NCBI GenBank assembly: GCA_032718475.1
Contig: JAUCBJ010004802.1
Span: 1 to 64,000 of the forward strand
DNA: 64,000 nucleotides
Direction of reading: 5' to 3'
Source of the DNA: Nemertoderma westbladi
Taxonomy: Eukaryota; Animalia; Xenacoelomorpha
The position numbers and the translations under genes were made by a program. The notes beneath the pieces are model-generated. The model searched no databases, was not told the DNA's origin, and was given only the letters and a program-made list of their open reading frames with translations. Below are positions 38,692-51,025 of this stretch, one piece after another; within the stretch, counting starts at the first letter, position 1, and the number at the start of each line of letters is the position of its first letter.

Positions 38692-39366
38692 CGGAATTCA
38701 TACAAGTTGGTGTAGATGATAACATTTCAACAATGATAGCATCTAGTTGTATTTCAGATAAGTAACAATTGTAGTATCGTGCATTGGAAATGAACCCATG
38801 GAATGTTCTGATATGGTCAGCTGTTATACGCTTTCCTAGATTCAGATCCAATTCGCGATCACACAGACATCTTTGTGTGTTGGGAGTATCAAATACAATC
38901 TTCTGGTTATCACAACTGCCAACTCGTCTAGCATATAGGAATGTCTTCTTATCATCAGCACTCACACCGATAGCGACGATATTCCAGTTGTTTAGGGTAA
39001 CCGAGTCTGCGCTATTCAGCGTACCAATCCCTGCGACTACTGGGTTATAGTATAAGGTAGTCGCCTCTAAGTAGATCCATAAATGCGACCCCATAGTTGT
39101 TAAACTCGAGAAGTCAAATATTGGTCCTAGTATTTGACTCGTCTTAATAAATGCCAACATTGTAAATGTTTCCGATGTTAATTGGTCTGGTTCGTGTGGG
39201 ATAGATATGTAACCATGGTTGAAGTCTACAGCAGTGTCCTCTAAGCCGCAAGGCCCTGGCACATTACTTAAGATGCCATTTTCAACGCCATCATGGGTTC
39301 CTTCTTTATCTTGACTTCCAGTTACAATGTCTAACACCCACCATGATTTATCTATATTACATCGGT
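38692..39366 (-). CDS. Exon encoding a LamG-like/concanavalin-A jelly-roll domain (copy 1)
   Basis: Acceptor TTGCCCTTTCAG, donor G|GTATGT at 38691; 675 nt, phase 1-1; DRCNIDKSWWVLD..PGPCG.EDTAVDFNHGYISI..TFTMLAFI..GPIF..HLWI..LGKRI..FHGFISNARYYNC. Confidence 0.8.
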
Positions 39367-39713
39367 CTGAAAGGGCAATATAGTATTATAAATATATTAT
39401 TTATTATTACAAACATATTAACGCATTGATATGCAGTGTGTCGTATCTAATAGGGGCTATTTGATACGATTTCTCTTTTGAATAACTCTCTTAGTTATAA
39501 ACAAAAATACGATTACCAAGCATTACTGAATGAAAGCCAGTAAATAGCAGACGTAGCTTTGCATTAGCGATTTATTTGTTATAATTAAATTTACGCGATA
39601 TGAAACAATTAACTTTTAAATTTTTTAAATAAATTTTTCTTTGTTTTGTTTTTTTATGCAGCAGATTTTAAACTGTAAAGTAACAGAGTAAATAATTCAT
39701 TTACAGCCAATTA

Positions 39714-39921
39714 GCAGGACAGGGCATTGCTTTCGCCGTGAGGACCAGTGTACAATCTTATGCTTTGGCGGTTACATCGCGTTTCGGCAACTGTCGCGAT
39801 TCGGCAAAAAAGTCGCGTTTCGGCAAAAAAGATGCGTTTCGGCAAAAAAAGTCGCGATTCTACAAAAAGTCGCGATTCGGCAAAAAATGTTGCGTTTCGG
39901 CAAAAAGTAGCGTTTCGGCAA
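39714..39921 (+). mobile_element. Short LINE scrap (39714-39768) followed by a one-sided Merlin-like terminus with GCG(T/A)TTCGGCAAAA repeats
   Basis: CTTTCGCCGTGAGGACCAG shared with ~42205-42220; GGTTACATCGCGTTTCGGCAA then ~8 repeats of 18-21 bp. Confidence 0.5.
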
Positions 39922-40164
39922 CTTAAGCCAACCCACTCCCAATCTTATAGCCAACCCTATCCCAATCTTATAGCTCAATCTTCTAAGTCCCAATCTTATA
40001 AATCAAATTCGCGGCAAATTTAATTTAAATTTATTTGAATTTGGAAACCATCCAGCAGAATTCTGTTGTAGTAAAAGGTATATGTTTGTTTATTTACTTT
40101 ATTAATTAATTATCTGATATGAATATTTATTTCTTTCTTTAATCGCAGATCGTCATCTGCGTTT

Positions 40165-40854
40165 ATGGCCGTCGTAAACGAGAATGGCGGAACCAACGCA
40201 GAAATCGGGGCGTTGCTCACGGAAAATGGCGTTACTTCGGCGGCGGAAACGGGAATATTGCTGCATCCTGAACTCCTGGAACTAATGCGAGAAAGGCAGA
40301 AGGAATGGCGAGAGAAAGCGAATCAACAACGCAGATCAGTCAGGAAATACTACAAAGCGCAGGACGATGCTATCGATACGTTCACTAGAACAACTCTCGT
40401 AGACTTCGCGGCACATCAGAAACATTTACCCAACAACCGGACCGTGGAACTCGCATCCAAGATATCCTTCTTCATGAATCTGCTGCTCGTTATACTGAAA
40501 CTCGTTGCATCGGTGTGGAGCGGATCGCTCGCGATTATATCCAGCGTGGTGGACAGCGCGGTTGATTTGACTTCCGGTGTGGTTATTTGGTACACCAGTC
40601 GCACTGTAAGGCACCGCAATATATATTCCTACCCACAGGGTCGCACCAGACTGGAACCAGTAGCTGTTGTTGTTATATCCGTTATCATGGCTTTGGCTTG
40701 CGTTCAGGTGGTGGTGGAATCAGTTCAAGTAATAGTTTACGATACCGCTGACCCCCTTATTGACGCGGTTTCTATTCCACTGATTGGTGTTACCGTTCTT
40801 GTTAAATTTTCCCTTTTTCTCTACTGCCGATCTATTGACTCCTTAGCTACTCAG
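40165..40854 (+). CDS. Mn-CDF / metal tolerance protein (MTP8-11-like cation diffusion facilitator), coding exon 1
   Basis: N-term YYKAQ, SGSLAIISSVVDSAVDL (DxxxD in TM2), YPQGRTRLEP; donor CAG|GTTAGG phase 0; probable 5' UTR intron 40078-40148. Confidence 0.92.
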
Positions 40855-40974
40855 GTTAGGGATTCTGTGTTTTATGTATTTCCTAAGTTATTAGATCTTA
40901 CTTTGTTTGTGGAAGACAATTTAATTGCTTGTAGCACTAGTTCTAGTTCATACCTCTTTACTTTATAGAAGTAA

Positions 40975-42310
40975 CTGAGTCTGTACTCCCAGATATTCCC
41001 ATTGGCGATATCTTCTTTGCTGAAGTGAAGGATGCTGCAAAGAGCATTAAGACCAATCGTGCCAGTGGAGTAGATGGTGTTCCCCCTGAGGTCTTTAAAA
41101 TACCTGAGTGTTTAAAGCTCATCTATCCCATCATAGTAGACATGTACCGAACAACAAGAGTCCCACAAGAAATGAAAACAAATAAGTTGGTGCCAGTTCC
41201 CAAGAAGGGCAACCTGACACTCTATGGTTCTTTTCGGGGAATCTCTTTGATCTCGATTGCTGCAAAGCTACACAATAGAATTCAAAAAAGAAAGACAGGC
41301 ATCTGGCTGTTATCTTTGTTGACACCTTCAAGGCCTTTGGCTCAGTCTCTCGCTCATGTATGTTCAGCATACTTTCATTATATGGGATTCCTCATGAAAT
41401 TATTGCAGCAATCAGATCAGTATACGATGGTTCGACAACATTTGTGTCTACTGTTGACGGTGACACAGAACCATTCGATTCGAAGTGTTATGGGGAGTCT
41501 TTCAGGGAGACACACTTGCGCCATTCTTGTTCATAATTGTGGTTGACTATGTTCTACGCATGTCCTTAGATCATCATAATGATGTTGGGGTTATGGTAAC
41601 TCCACCTACTGGCTCCAGAAGTCGAGGAAATCCTGCCAAGTACCTAACTGATATAGACTTGGCTGATGACTTATGAGTACTCTCAGAATAACTAGAGGGA
41701 GCCCAACGGCTCCTCAGCTCATTAGAACATGCTGCTTCTAGTGTTGGTCTTTTTATTAACTCCAGAAAGACCAAAATTTTGACAGTTAACTTTGAAAGTC
41801 CTCAGCAAGTCTCTGATCGGATGAGCATAAGCTCAAAGGATGGTATGCTTGAGCATGTGGACGACTTCTGTTACCTGGGATCATGGATCCGGAAGTCAGG
41901 TCAGGACTTTCGAATTTGGACTTGCTACTTTGGAAGTAACACAGAATTCATCGGAAACTGAACGTCCGATATTTTGAGCCGCAGAAGTTCCAGTACTCCT
42001 CTATGGGAGTCCATGCGGGGCTCTAACTGCTGAGGACACCAAATCTCTGAATGGCACATTCACAACAATGCTACGCCGGGTTCATTGTGTCAAGTACAAT
42101 GCACACATTTCCAACCAGACTCTATATAACATTGGAGGTGTCTCATTGGTTCCTCCAAGCTTGACACTAGAACAAAGTCGCCTCCGTTTTGCAGGACATT
42201 TCTTTCGCCGTGAGGACCAGCCAGTGCATAATCTTGTGCTTTGGCAGTCCCATGGAGAAAATATGCATTTTCGTGAGACGCATCCTAAAGGACAAAGGCC
42301 TTGAAGATGC
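40975..42310 (+). mobile_element. Degenerate RTE-like LINE RT fragment in the MTP intron
   Basis: ASGVDGVP, PVPKKG, FRGISL, GVFQGDTLAPFLF, DLADDL, FCYLGSW, RLRFAGHFFR with many frameshifts. Confidence 0.8.
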
Positions 42311-43533
42311 GTGCGGGGTAGGGAGTTGTGACGGTGCAATTTTGTTGATATCCGGCATAGCATTTTTAATGCACGCTGCATTAATGCACCTTGCCAATTG
42401 TGGATTGCATGGGGACAAAATATTTTTGTTAAGCTGGCATAACATCTCAATGTGCAGTTTCAATGCAACAGGGCGATTACAGTTATACCAGTAAAGCAAA
42501 GGATAGTACTGAACTGCATGCTGATTGGATCCGGTTCCTTGGTTGCCTGGCGACAATGCTTTCTACGTAGTATTAGACTCTTTCAATTTATTTTTTAGCA
42601 GCATATAAGTAAAATTTAATGCTGATAATTTTTTTCACTGTTTTCCTGAGGGTTTATAGTGGTTTCCTTATGTTTTACGGTGATTACTTAAGGGGTACCA
42701 TGCGAGGAGTACATTTAGGATTGCCAATTTAGAATAGTACATGTGTTAAATTTCCTGCTGATCAATATTTTCCTATGTTTTCCTTGTGTTTTACTGTTTT
42801 ACTAGTGTTTTCCTAATTTAGAACTATCCCATACATGGCCTAAAAAGTAAAATGAATGTTATCCAATGGGTCACACTTTTCCCTAGGGAAGATTGTACCC
42901 CCTTTCTCCCGATTTCGGGTTATATTCGAGTGAAAAAAGTAATAACTTAAGATTAAATTATTTGTTATCCGTACACCCAAACCCTGGAGAAAAATGAGTG
43001 CCGAAAGGGAAAAAGCAACCCACAGGATTGCATTGATTTTGCATTTTGAAAAAAAAAAACAGAAATTGAAAATAAGAAAATATGAAATAATTTTTTGGTG
43101 GAATTTGTTTAATTTATTACTTTACATGTGTTGAAATAGCATAAAAAGGTTTACACGTAATTGGCAAATACCATGCACACACTCCAAATAAACTTTAATG
43201 TCTGCTCCGGTTTACAATAAAACAAATCAATATCCAATATTTCTTTATATAGTTGAGCTGCCTCTACTTCCGTCATCATCCCAAATATATTAATTATAAT
43301 CCTAAAGTCGCTAGCAAAACAACAACTTACACCCAAACCAACCCACCTAACTTTATTTTACACCAATAATAATATTTAATTACAATTGCAATGTGTCCTT
43401 TTTAATATTTATTTATTTACCCCAAGGCGCCAAGGGGTGTATCTTTTCTTACTATATTACTCTATATATGACTAATAACTACTACATATTTATTAACAAC
43501 ATATTAAATTGACTGCCTCATTGCATTATTTAG

Positions 43534-43992
43534 GTTCTATCACAAGACCACCGTAACGATGTTCTCTCTAACATTGCGGCCATTTTGTTCGGAACTTTGG
43601 GCGCCTATCTCTGGTCCAACCTCGATCCCATCGGCGCTATACTCATCTCTCTCTACATCCTCTACAGCTGGTGCCGTACTGGTCTGGGGTCCATCCAACA
43701 GCTGACTGGTCGTACCGCCCCCGCCGTGTTCCTACGGACCCTCACCTGGATCGCGCTCAACCACAGCCCCGAGATCCTAAAGATCGACACCGTCCGCGCG
43801 TTCCATCACGGATTCAACTACCTCGTCGAGGTTGACATCGTGCTCCCGGAGGACATGACCTTGCGATTGGTCCACGATATCGGGGAATCCCTCCAGGTTA
43901 AACTCGAGAGATTAAACGAGGTGGAACGTTGCTTCGTACATATCGACTACGAGTTCCAACACAAAGCGAGCCACGAGCACAAAGAGGTTTAG
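43534..43992 (+). CDS. Mn-CDF / MTP8-11-like transporter, coding exon 2 (spliced product ~382 aa)
   Basis: Acceptor TTATTTAG; VLSQDHRNDVLSN (TM5 DHxND), LDPIGAILIS, LTGRTA, IDTVRAFH, VEVDIVLP, HDIGESLQ, VERCFVHIDYE. Confidence 0.92.
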   Translation, partial: VLSQDHRNDVLSNIAAILFGTLGAYLWSNLDPIGAILISLYILYSWCRTGLGSIQQLTGRTAPAVFLRTLTWIALNHSPEILKIDTVRAFHHGFNYLVEVDIVLPEDMTLRLVHDIGESLQVKLERLNEVERCFVHIDYEFQHKASHEHKEV

Positions 43993-44631
43993 CATAGAGA
44001 TTGATTGGCGTTACTCAACGGCGTTACATTATTATAGTTACAGACAATCTAGGATAAGTAGAGTTGTAAAGCAAATAGATTAGATTAATAAAATTAAAAT
44101 ATTTCTGTATAACAAAGGAATTAACTATTTATTACTGCAGATTACTTTAGAAACAAATAGGCGTTCCCAGGCAACCCACCACGGGATGTATAATTCGCAG
44201 AACGATCTTTGTTAATCAATATAATGCTTATTTCTATTTTTTTTCCTACTGTTTACGTAATTTTATATTAAATTAAACTGACTACTTTGCGGTGAAATCG
44301 CACCGCTATACCACCTTCTCAGTTGCCCTGGCAATAACCACTCCCTAACTCACTGGGCTACAAATAATGCTTTCTAAAGTTGACTACATTTTTTACTCGA
44401 TAATACTGTATAGCGTATACACTACAGTGAACCTTATAGTAATTTAATTTTTACTATTAATTTTAATGTACCTTATTTTAATAATCCCACCGATCTAATG
44501 TGCCCGAATATGGGCTTAATATAAATATTATTTATACGTCATTTTATTTCTCGAAATTGCCTTTTATCACTATTTTTGCTCGCAGTATACCATAGAACCG
44601 GTTAAAGGATCCCACATCCCCTTGGATTTGC

Positions 44632-45671
44632 GGTATCTCTGAGTTTACCAGTGAATAAGTTTACCAGTGGATGAGTTTACCAGTGGATATGTTTACCAGT
44701 GAATAAGTTTACCAGTGGATGAGTTTACCAGTGGATGAGTTATAAGTTTAACAGTGGATGAGTTATAAGTTTACCAGTGGATAAGTTGACCAGTGGATAA
44801 GTTGACCAGTGGATAAGTTTACCAGTGGATATAAGTTTACCAGTGGATAAGTTTACCAGTGGATAAGTTTACCAGTGGATAGGTTTACTAGTGGAAAGTT
44901 TACCAGTGGATGAGTTATAAGTTTACCATTGTATAAGTTTACCAGTGGATAAGTTAACCATGGGATAAGTTTACCAGTGGATGAGTTATAAGTTTACCAG
45001 TGGATAAGTTTACCAGTGGATGAGTTATACCTTTACCAGTGGATGAGTTATAAGTTTACCAGTGGATAAGTTAACCATGGGATAAGTTTACCAGTGGATG
45101 AGTTATAAGTTTACCAGTGGATAAGTTTACCAGTGGATGAGTTATACCTTTACCAGTGGATGAGTTATAAGTTTACCAGTGGATAAGTTTACCAGTGGAT
45201 AAGTTAACCATGGGATAAGTTTACCAGTAGATAAGTTCTAAGTTTACCAGGGGATAAGTTTACCAGTGGAGGAGTTTACTAGTGGATAAGTTAACCACGG
45301 GATAAGTTTACCAGTGGATAAGTTCTAAGTTTACCAGTGGATACGTTTACCAGTGGATGAGTTTACTAGTGGATAAGTTAACCATGGGATAAGTTTACCA
45401 GTGGATAAGTTATACGTTTTCCAGTGGATAAGTTTACCAGTGGATTAGTTTACCAGTGGATAAGTTTACCAGTGGATTAGTTTACCAGTGGATAAGTTAA
45501 CCAGTGGATGAGTTATAAGTTTACCAGTGGATGAGTTATAAGTTTACCAGTGGATGAGTTATAAGTTTACCAGTGGATAAGTTATAAGTTTACCAGTGGA
45601 TGAGTTATAAGTTTACCAGTGGATGAGTTATAAGTTTACCAGTGGATGAGTTATAAGTTTACCAGTGGATA
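44632..45671. repeat. 16-bp minisatellite (AGTTTACCAGTGGATA) with 22-bp variants
   Basis: Direct reading; array begins after GGTATCTCT. Confidence 0.9.
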
Positions 45672-45808
45672 AATTGAAAAGTGTTGCGCTGCTGAAATGC
45701 AACGAATTACGGTTGTTGACTGATGATACGGAAATGATATCGATGAAGGGACAACCAGTTGTTTTTCTATAAACAAAGCCATTTTCTACAATAACATATA
45801 AACAATTA

Positions 45809-45940
45809 AATGTGTCATAGGAGCTGGGGTATGAAACATGAATGTGTCATAGGAGCTGGGGTATGAAACATGAATGTGTCATAGGAGTTGGGGTATTAAA
45901 CATGAATGTGTCATAGGAGCTGGGGTATGAAACATGAATG
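45809..45940. repeat. 32-bp tandem repeat, 4 copies
   Basis: AATGTGTCATAGGAGCTGGGGTATGAAACATG. Confidence 0.9.
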
Positions 45941-46923
45941 AAACAATTAATTAATTACACGATTAATTAATTAAAAGATTAATTAATTACACGATTGCGT
46001 GACTTTTAAGTCTCAGTGATACTGTACGCAATTACCATTTCAATAGGCTAAGCCAATCAAATCAATATTTAGTAATTTTAGATTGTCCAATAGCTGATAT
46101 GATATTGGGACCTTTAATACTATACAATAGAGGCACTCGGGCCGTTAATAAACAACGTTAGTAGAATAGAGGATAGATATTATTATTATTATTGTACGTG
46201 GCCTACACTACTGTAGGCTTACACGGGTTACACCTAAATTACATAAACAGATCACAGTCTTTGATTGTCCATGATGCATTTATTTCAATCCAATATTGAT
46301 TTATTTAATTGAGTCCGCGATTTCGAGGCATCTCACATACCGCCAAATCTTGGCTAAAAAATAAAACCAAAATATTAATTAGCCTATTAAATATTTTGTA
46401 GTCAGCAGTTGTCATCGTCTAATTACATCATTTTATTATATCAATACTAATTAAGCCTACGTGCATCATTTTAATAAATTATCAACAACTGCAAATATAA
46501 TTCTGAACTAATAAGTTTGATGATTAATAACTAACGTTGAGCTTAAAAGTATTACCCCCGACTTTTATTAAACTATACACAGTATTAATAACTACAACAG
46601 TATATAACAGTATAACACTGCACTTGTAGTAGACCGTTCTTTTATCTAAATACACTAGTTTACTTTCACTTTCACAATGTATTCAATGTTGTACATGTAG
46701 TCCTACTACTAATTTAACGTACCTAAATTGTTGGGATTTTGGGTGATGGAATAGAGTGACATTAAACATAGTGGGAGGGATGGACCCATAATCCGAGTTG
46801 GTTGTCCTGTAACCAGGGTGACAGCGACGGGAAGTGGGGGGTCCGTAGCCCTCGTACACGGTCGTAGTTAATCCTAATTGGTCGAATGTTAGACGACCTT
46901 TACCAGTCTATGATAAATATAAG

Positions 46924-48163
46924 GGTAATGGTGAAAAATATCGAGACTTCAAAAACATCGAGAGTAAAAATAACAAAAGTAAAAATATCGAGAGTAAAAA
47001 TAACGAGAGTAAAAATATCGAGAGTAAAAATAACGAGTGGTGAAAATTAACGTGATTAAAAAATATCGAGAGTAAAAATAACGCGAGATGAAAAATATCG
47101 AAAATAACGAGTGTTGAAAAATATCGAGTGTTGAAAAATATCGAGAGTAAAAATATCGAGTGTTGAAAAATATCGAGTGTTGAAAAATATCGAGTGTTGA
47201 AAAATATCGAGTGTTGAAAAATATCGAGAGTAAAAATATCGAGTGTTGAAAAATATCGAGAGTAAAAATATCGAGTGTTGAAAAATATCGAGAGTAAAAA
47301 TATCGAGTGTTGAAAAATATCGAGTGTTGAAAAATATCGAGAGTAAAAATATCGAGTGTTGAAAAATATCGAGAGTAAAAATATCGAGAGTTGAAAAATA
47401 TCGAGAGTAAAAATAACGAGTGTTGGAAATTAACGTGATTAAAAAATATCGAGAGTAAAAATAACGAGTGTTGAAAAATATCGAGAGTAAAAATATCGAG
47501 AGTTGAAAAATATCGAGAGTAAAAATATCGAGGGTTGAAAAATATCGAGAGTAAAAATATCGAGTGTTGAAAAATATCGAGAGTAAAAATATCGAGTGTT
47601 GAAAAATATCGAGTGTTGAAAAATATCGAGAGTAAAAATATTGCATTTTGCTTGAGCATTTTATTTAGAATTATGGGACAATATTGCAGTGCATGGGTTA
47701 CAACAGTGCAAGTGCAAATAAATGGCATTAATACACCTTGGGTACCCATTCACCCGATTTATTATACTAGCTGGTTTTTGCTATTTTTTTTATAAATATT
47801 ATAGGATAAGTGCTAGCTATCAATTTTGATAAATATTTTTGTTCTAGTCACATTTTTTAATTCTAGATGACATTTTCAATTTTTTAAAATAGCTAGCTAG
47901 TATTTTCTACTTCTTTTTATAAATGTTATAGAACACGTGTAAGCTACCAATGTTGATAAATATGTTTTGTTCTAGAACACATTTTTTGTTCTAGAACATT
48001 TTAGGAAAACAATTATCATACAACCCTTATTTTAAAAAATTATTACTATCGATATTTTTACTCTCGATATTTTTACTCTCGTTATTTTTCAACACTCGAT
48101 ATTTTTACTCGCGTTATTTTTACTCTCGATATTTTTCATGTCTCGATATTTTTCAATATAACC
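46924..48163. mobile_element. Merlin-like non-autonomous element, GG...CC termini, 8-bp TSD AATATAAG, with expanded 15/17-bp subterminal repeats
   Basis: AATATAAG at 46916-46923 and 48164-48171; AAAAATATCGAG repeats 46933-47640 inverted at 48048-48155; interior 47765-48010 similar to 5683-5770 and 6680-6790. Confidence 0.8.
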
Positions 48164-48170
48164 AATATAA

Positions 48171-48395
48171 GTCGTAGTTACAGTAGTTCTAACAATGCGA
48201 TAAGAACCTATGACACCCGACACCACACCCCACCATTAATTAGGTTTAACTAAATAATACGCGAGATCTACAGGGCTGTGTGTCGTAGTTACAGTAGTTC
48301 TAACAATGCGATAAGAACCTATGACACCCGACACCCCACCCCACCATTAATTAGGTTTAACTAAATAATACGCGAGATCTACAGTGCTGTGTGTG
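48171..48395. repeat. 111-bp tandem duplication
   Basis: GTCGTAGTTACAGTAGTTCTAACAATGCG... at 48171 and 48282. Confidence 0.85.
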
Positions 48396-48479
48396 CTGGT
48401 CGCACTGCACTAGATATATGGCAATAATCTAAGCTTGAGTAACAAAATAAAGTATTATATATATCTACTGTCTGTGTCT

Positions 48480-48660
48480 GTGTCTTATCAAAGTCCTACA
48501 AACGTATCCGAAGGACTTCTGATCCATATTTATAAGTAGGGCCTAAATAAATCATCAACATGGTCCAGCATACCATCCTTAGAGCTTATATAATCATACG
48601 ATCAGACATTTCCTGAGAATGGTCGAAGTTAACTGTTTTGGTCTTCATGGAGTTACAAAA
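48480..48660 (-). mobile_element. Short RTE-like LINE scrap of the same family as 40975-42310
   Basis: Reverse complement contains ATAAGCTCTAAGGATGGTATGCT, matching ATAAGCTCAAAGGATGGTATGCT at ~41827. Confidence 0.6.
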
Positions 48661-48677
48661 AAACTATACAATAAATG

Positions 48678-51025
48678 ACAATATTCTATTGTTTCTGCAC
48701 CTTGTTCACCATATTATATTGTTTCTGCACCTTGTTCACCATATTCACTTGTTTCTGTACCTTGTTCACCATATTCTATTGTTTCTGCACCTTGTTCACC
48801 ATATTCTATTGTTTCTGCACCTTGTTCACCATATTATATTGTTTCTGCACCTTGTTCACCATATTCTATTGTTTCTGCACCTTGTTCACCATATTATATT
48901 GTTTCTGCACCTTGTTCACCATATTCTATTGTTTCTGTACCTTGTTCACCATATTCTATTGTTTCTGCACCTTGTTCACCATAATCTATTGTTTCTGTAC
49001 CTTGTTCACCATATTCTATTGTTTCTGCACCTTGTTCACCATATTCTATTGTTTCTGCACCTTGTTCACCATATTCTATTGTTTCTGCACCTTGTTCACT
49101 AAATTCTATTGTTTCTGCACCTTGTTTACCAAATTCTATTGTTTCTGCACCTTGTTCACCATATTCTATTGTTTCTGTACCTTGTTCACCATATTCTATT
49201 GTTTCTGCACCTTGTTCACCATAATCTATTGTTTCTGTACCTTATTCACCATATTCTATTGTTTCTGTACCTTGTTCACCATATTATATTGTTTCTGCAC
49301 CTTGTTCACCATATTTTATTGTTTCTGCACCTTGTTCACCATATTCTATTGTTTCTGTACCTTGTTCACCATATTCTATTGTTTCTGCACCTTGTTAACC
49401 ATAATCTATTGTTTCTGTACCTTGTTCACCATATTCTATTGTTTCTGCACCTTGTTCACCATATTCTATTGTTTCTGCACCTTGTTCACCATATTATATT
49501 GTTTCTGCACCTTGTACACTAAATTCTATTGTTTCTGCACCTTGTTCACCATATTCTATTGTTTCTGTACCTTGTTCACCATATTCTATTGTTTCTGCAC
49601 CTTGTTCACCATATTCTATTGTTTCTGTACCTTGTTCACCATATTCTATTGTTTCTGCACCTTGTTCACCATAATCTATTGTTTCTGTACCTTATTCACC
49701 ATATTCTATTGTTTCTGCACCTTGTTCACCATATTCTATTGTTTCTGCACCTTGTTCGCCATATTCTATTGTTTCTGCACCTTGTTCACCATATTATATT
49801 GTTTCTGCACCTTGTTCACCATATTCTATTGTTTCTGCACCTTGTTCACCATATTCTATTGTTTCTGTACCTTGTTCACCATATTCTATTGTTTCTGCAC
49901 CTTGTTCACCATAATCTATTGTTTCTGTACCTGGTTCACCATATTCTATTGTTTCTGCACCTTGTTCACCATATTCTATTGTTTCTGCACCTTGTTCACC
50001 ATATTCTCTTGTTTCTGCACCTTGTTGACTAAATTCGATTGTTTCTGCACCTTGTTTACCAAATTCTATTGTTTCTGCACCTTGTTCACCATATTCTATT
50101 GTTTCTGCACCTTGTTCACCATATTCTATTGTTTCTGCACCTTGTTCACCATAATCTATTGTTTCTGTACCTTATTCACCATATTCTATTGTTTCTGCAC
50201 CTTGTTCACCATATTATATTGTTTCTGCACCTTGTTCGCCATATTCTATTGTTTCTGCACCTTGTTCACTAAATTATATTGTTTCTGCACCTTGTTCACC
50301 ATATTCTATTGTTTCTGCACCTTGTTCACCATATTCTATTGTTTCTGCACCTTGTTCACCAAATTCTATTCTTTCTGCACCCTGTTCACCAAATTCTATT
50401 GTTTCTGCACCTTGTTCACCATATTGTATTGTTTCTACACCTTGTTCACCATATTCTATTGTTTCTGCACCTTGTTCACTAAATTCTATTGTTTCTGCAC
50501 CTTGTTCACCAAATTCTATTGTTTCAACACCTTGTTCACCATATTCTATTGTTTCTGCACCTTGATCACCACATTATATTGTTTCTGCACCTTGTTCACC
50601 ATATTCTATTGTTTCTGCACCTTGTTCACCATATTCTATTGTTTCTGCACCTTGTTCACCATTTTATATTGTTTCTGCACCTTGTTCACAATATTCTATT
50701 GTTTCTGCACCTTGTTCACCAAATTCTATTGTTTCTACATCTTGTTCAGCACATTCTATTGTTTCTGCACCTTGTTCACCATATTCTATTGTTTCTGCAC
50801 CTTGTTCACCATATTCTATTGTTTCTGCACCTTGTTCACCATTTTATATTGTTTCTGCACCTTGTTCACCATATTCTATTGTTTCTGCACCTTGTTCACC
50901 GAATTATATTGTTTCTACACCTTGTTCACCATATTCTATTGTTTCTGCGCCTTGTTCACCATATTCTATTGTTTCTGCACCTTGTTCACCATTTTATATT
51001 GTTTCTGCACCTTGTTCAGTTCACC
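48678..51025. repeat. 30-bp satellite, ~78 copies, unit GTTTCTGCACCTTGTTCACCATATTCTATT
   Basis: Perfect 30-bp phasing without indels. Confidence 0.95.

Noticed and set aside
46949-47749. ORFs of 266 and 196 aa
   Set aside because: Translations of MITE subterminal repeats
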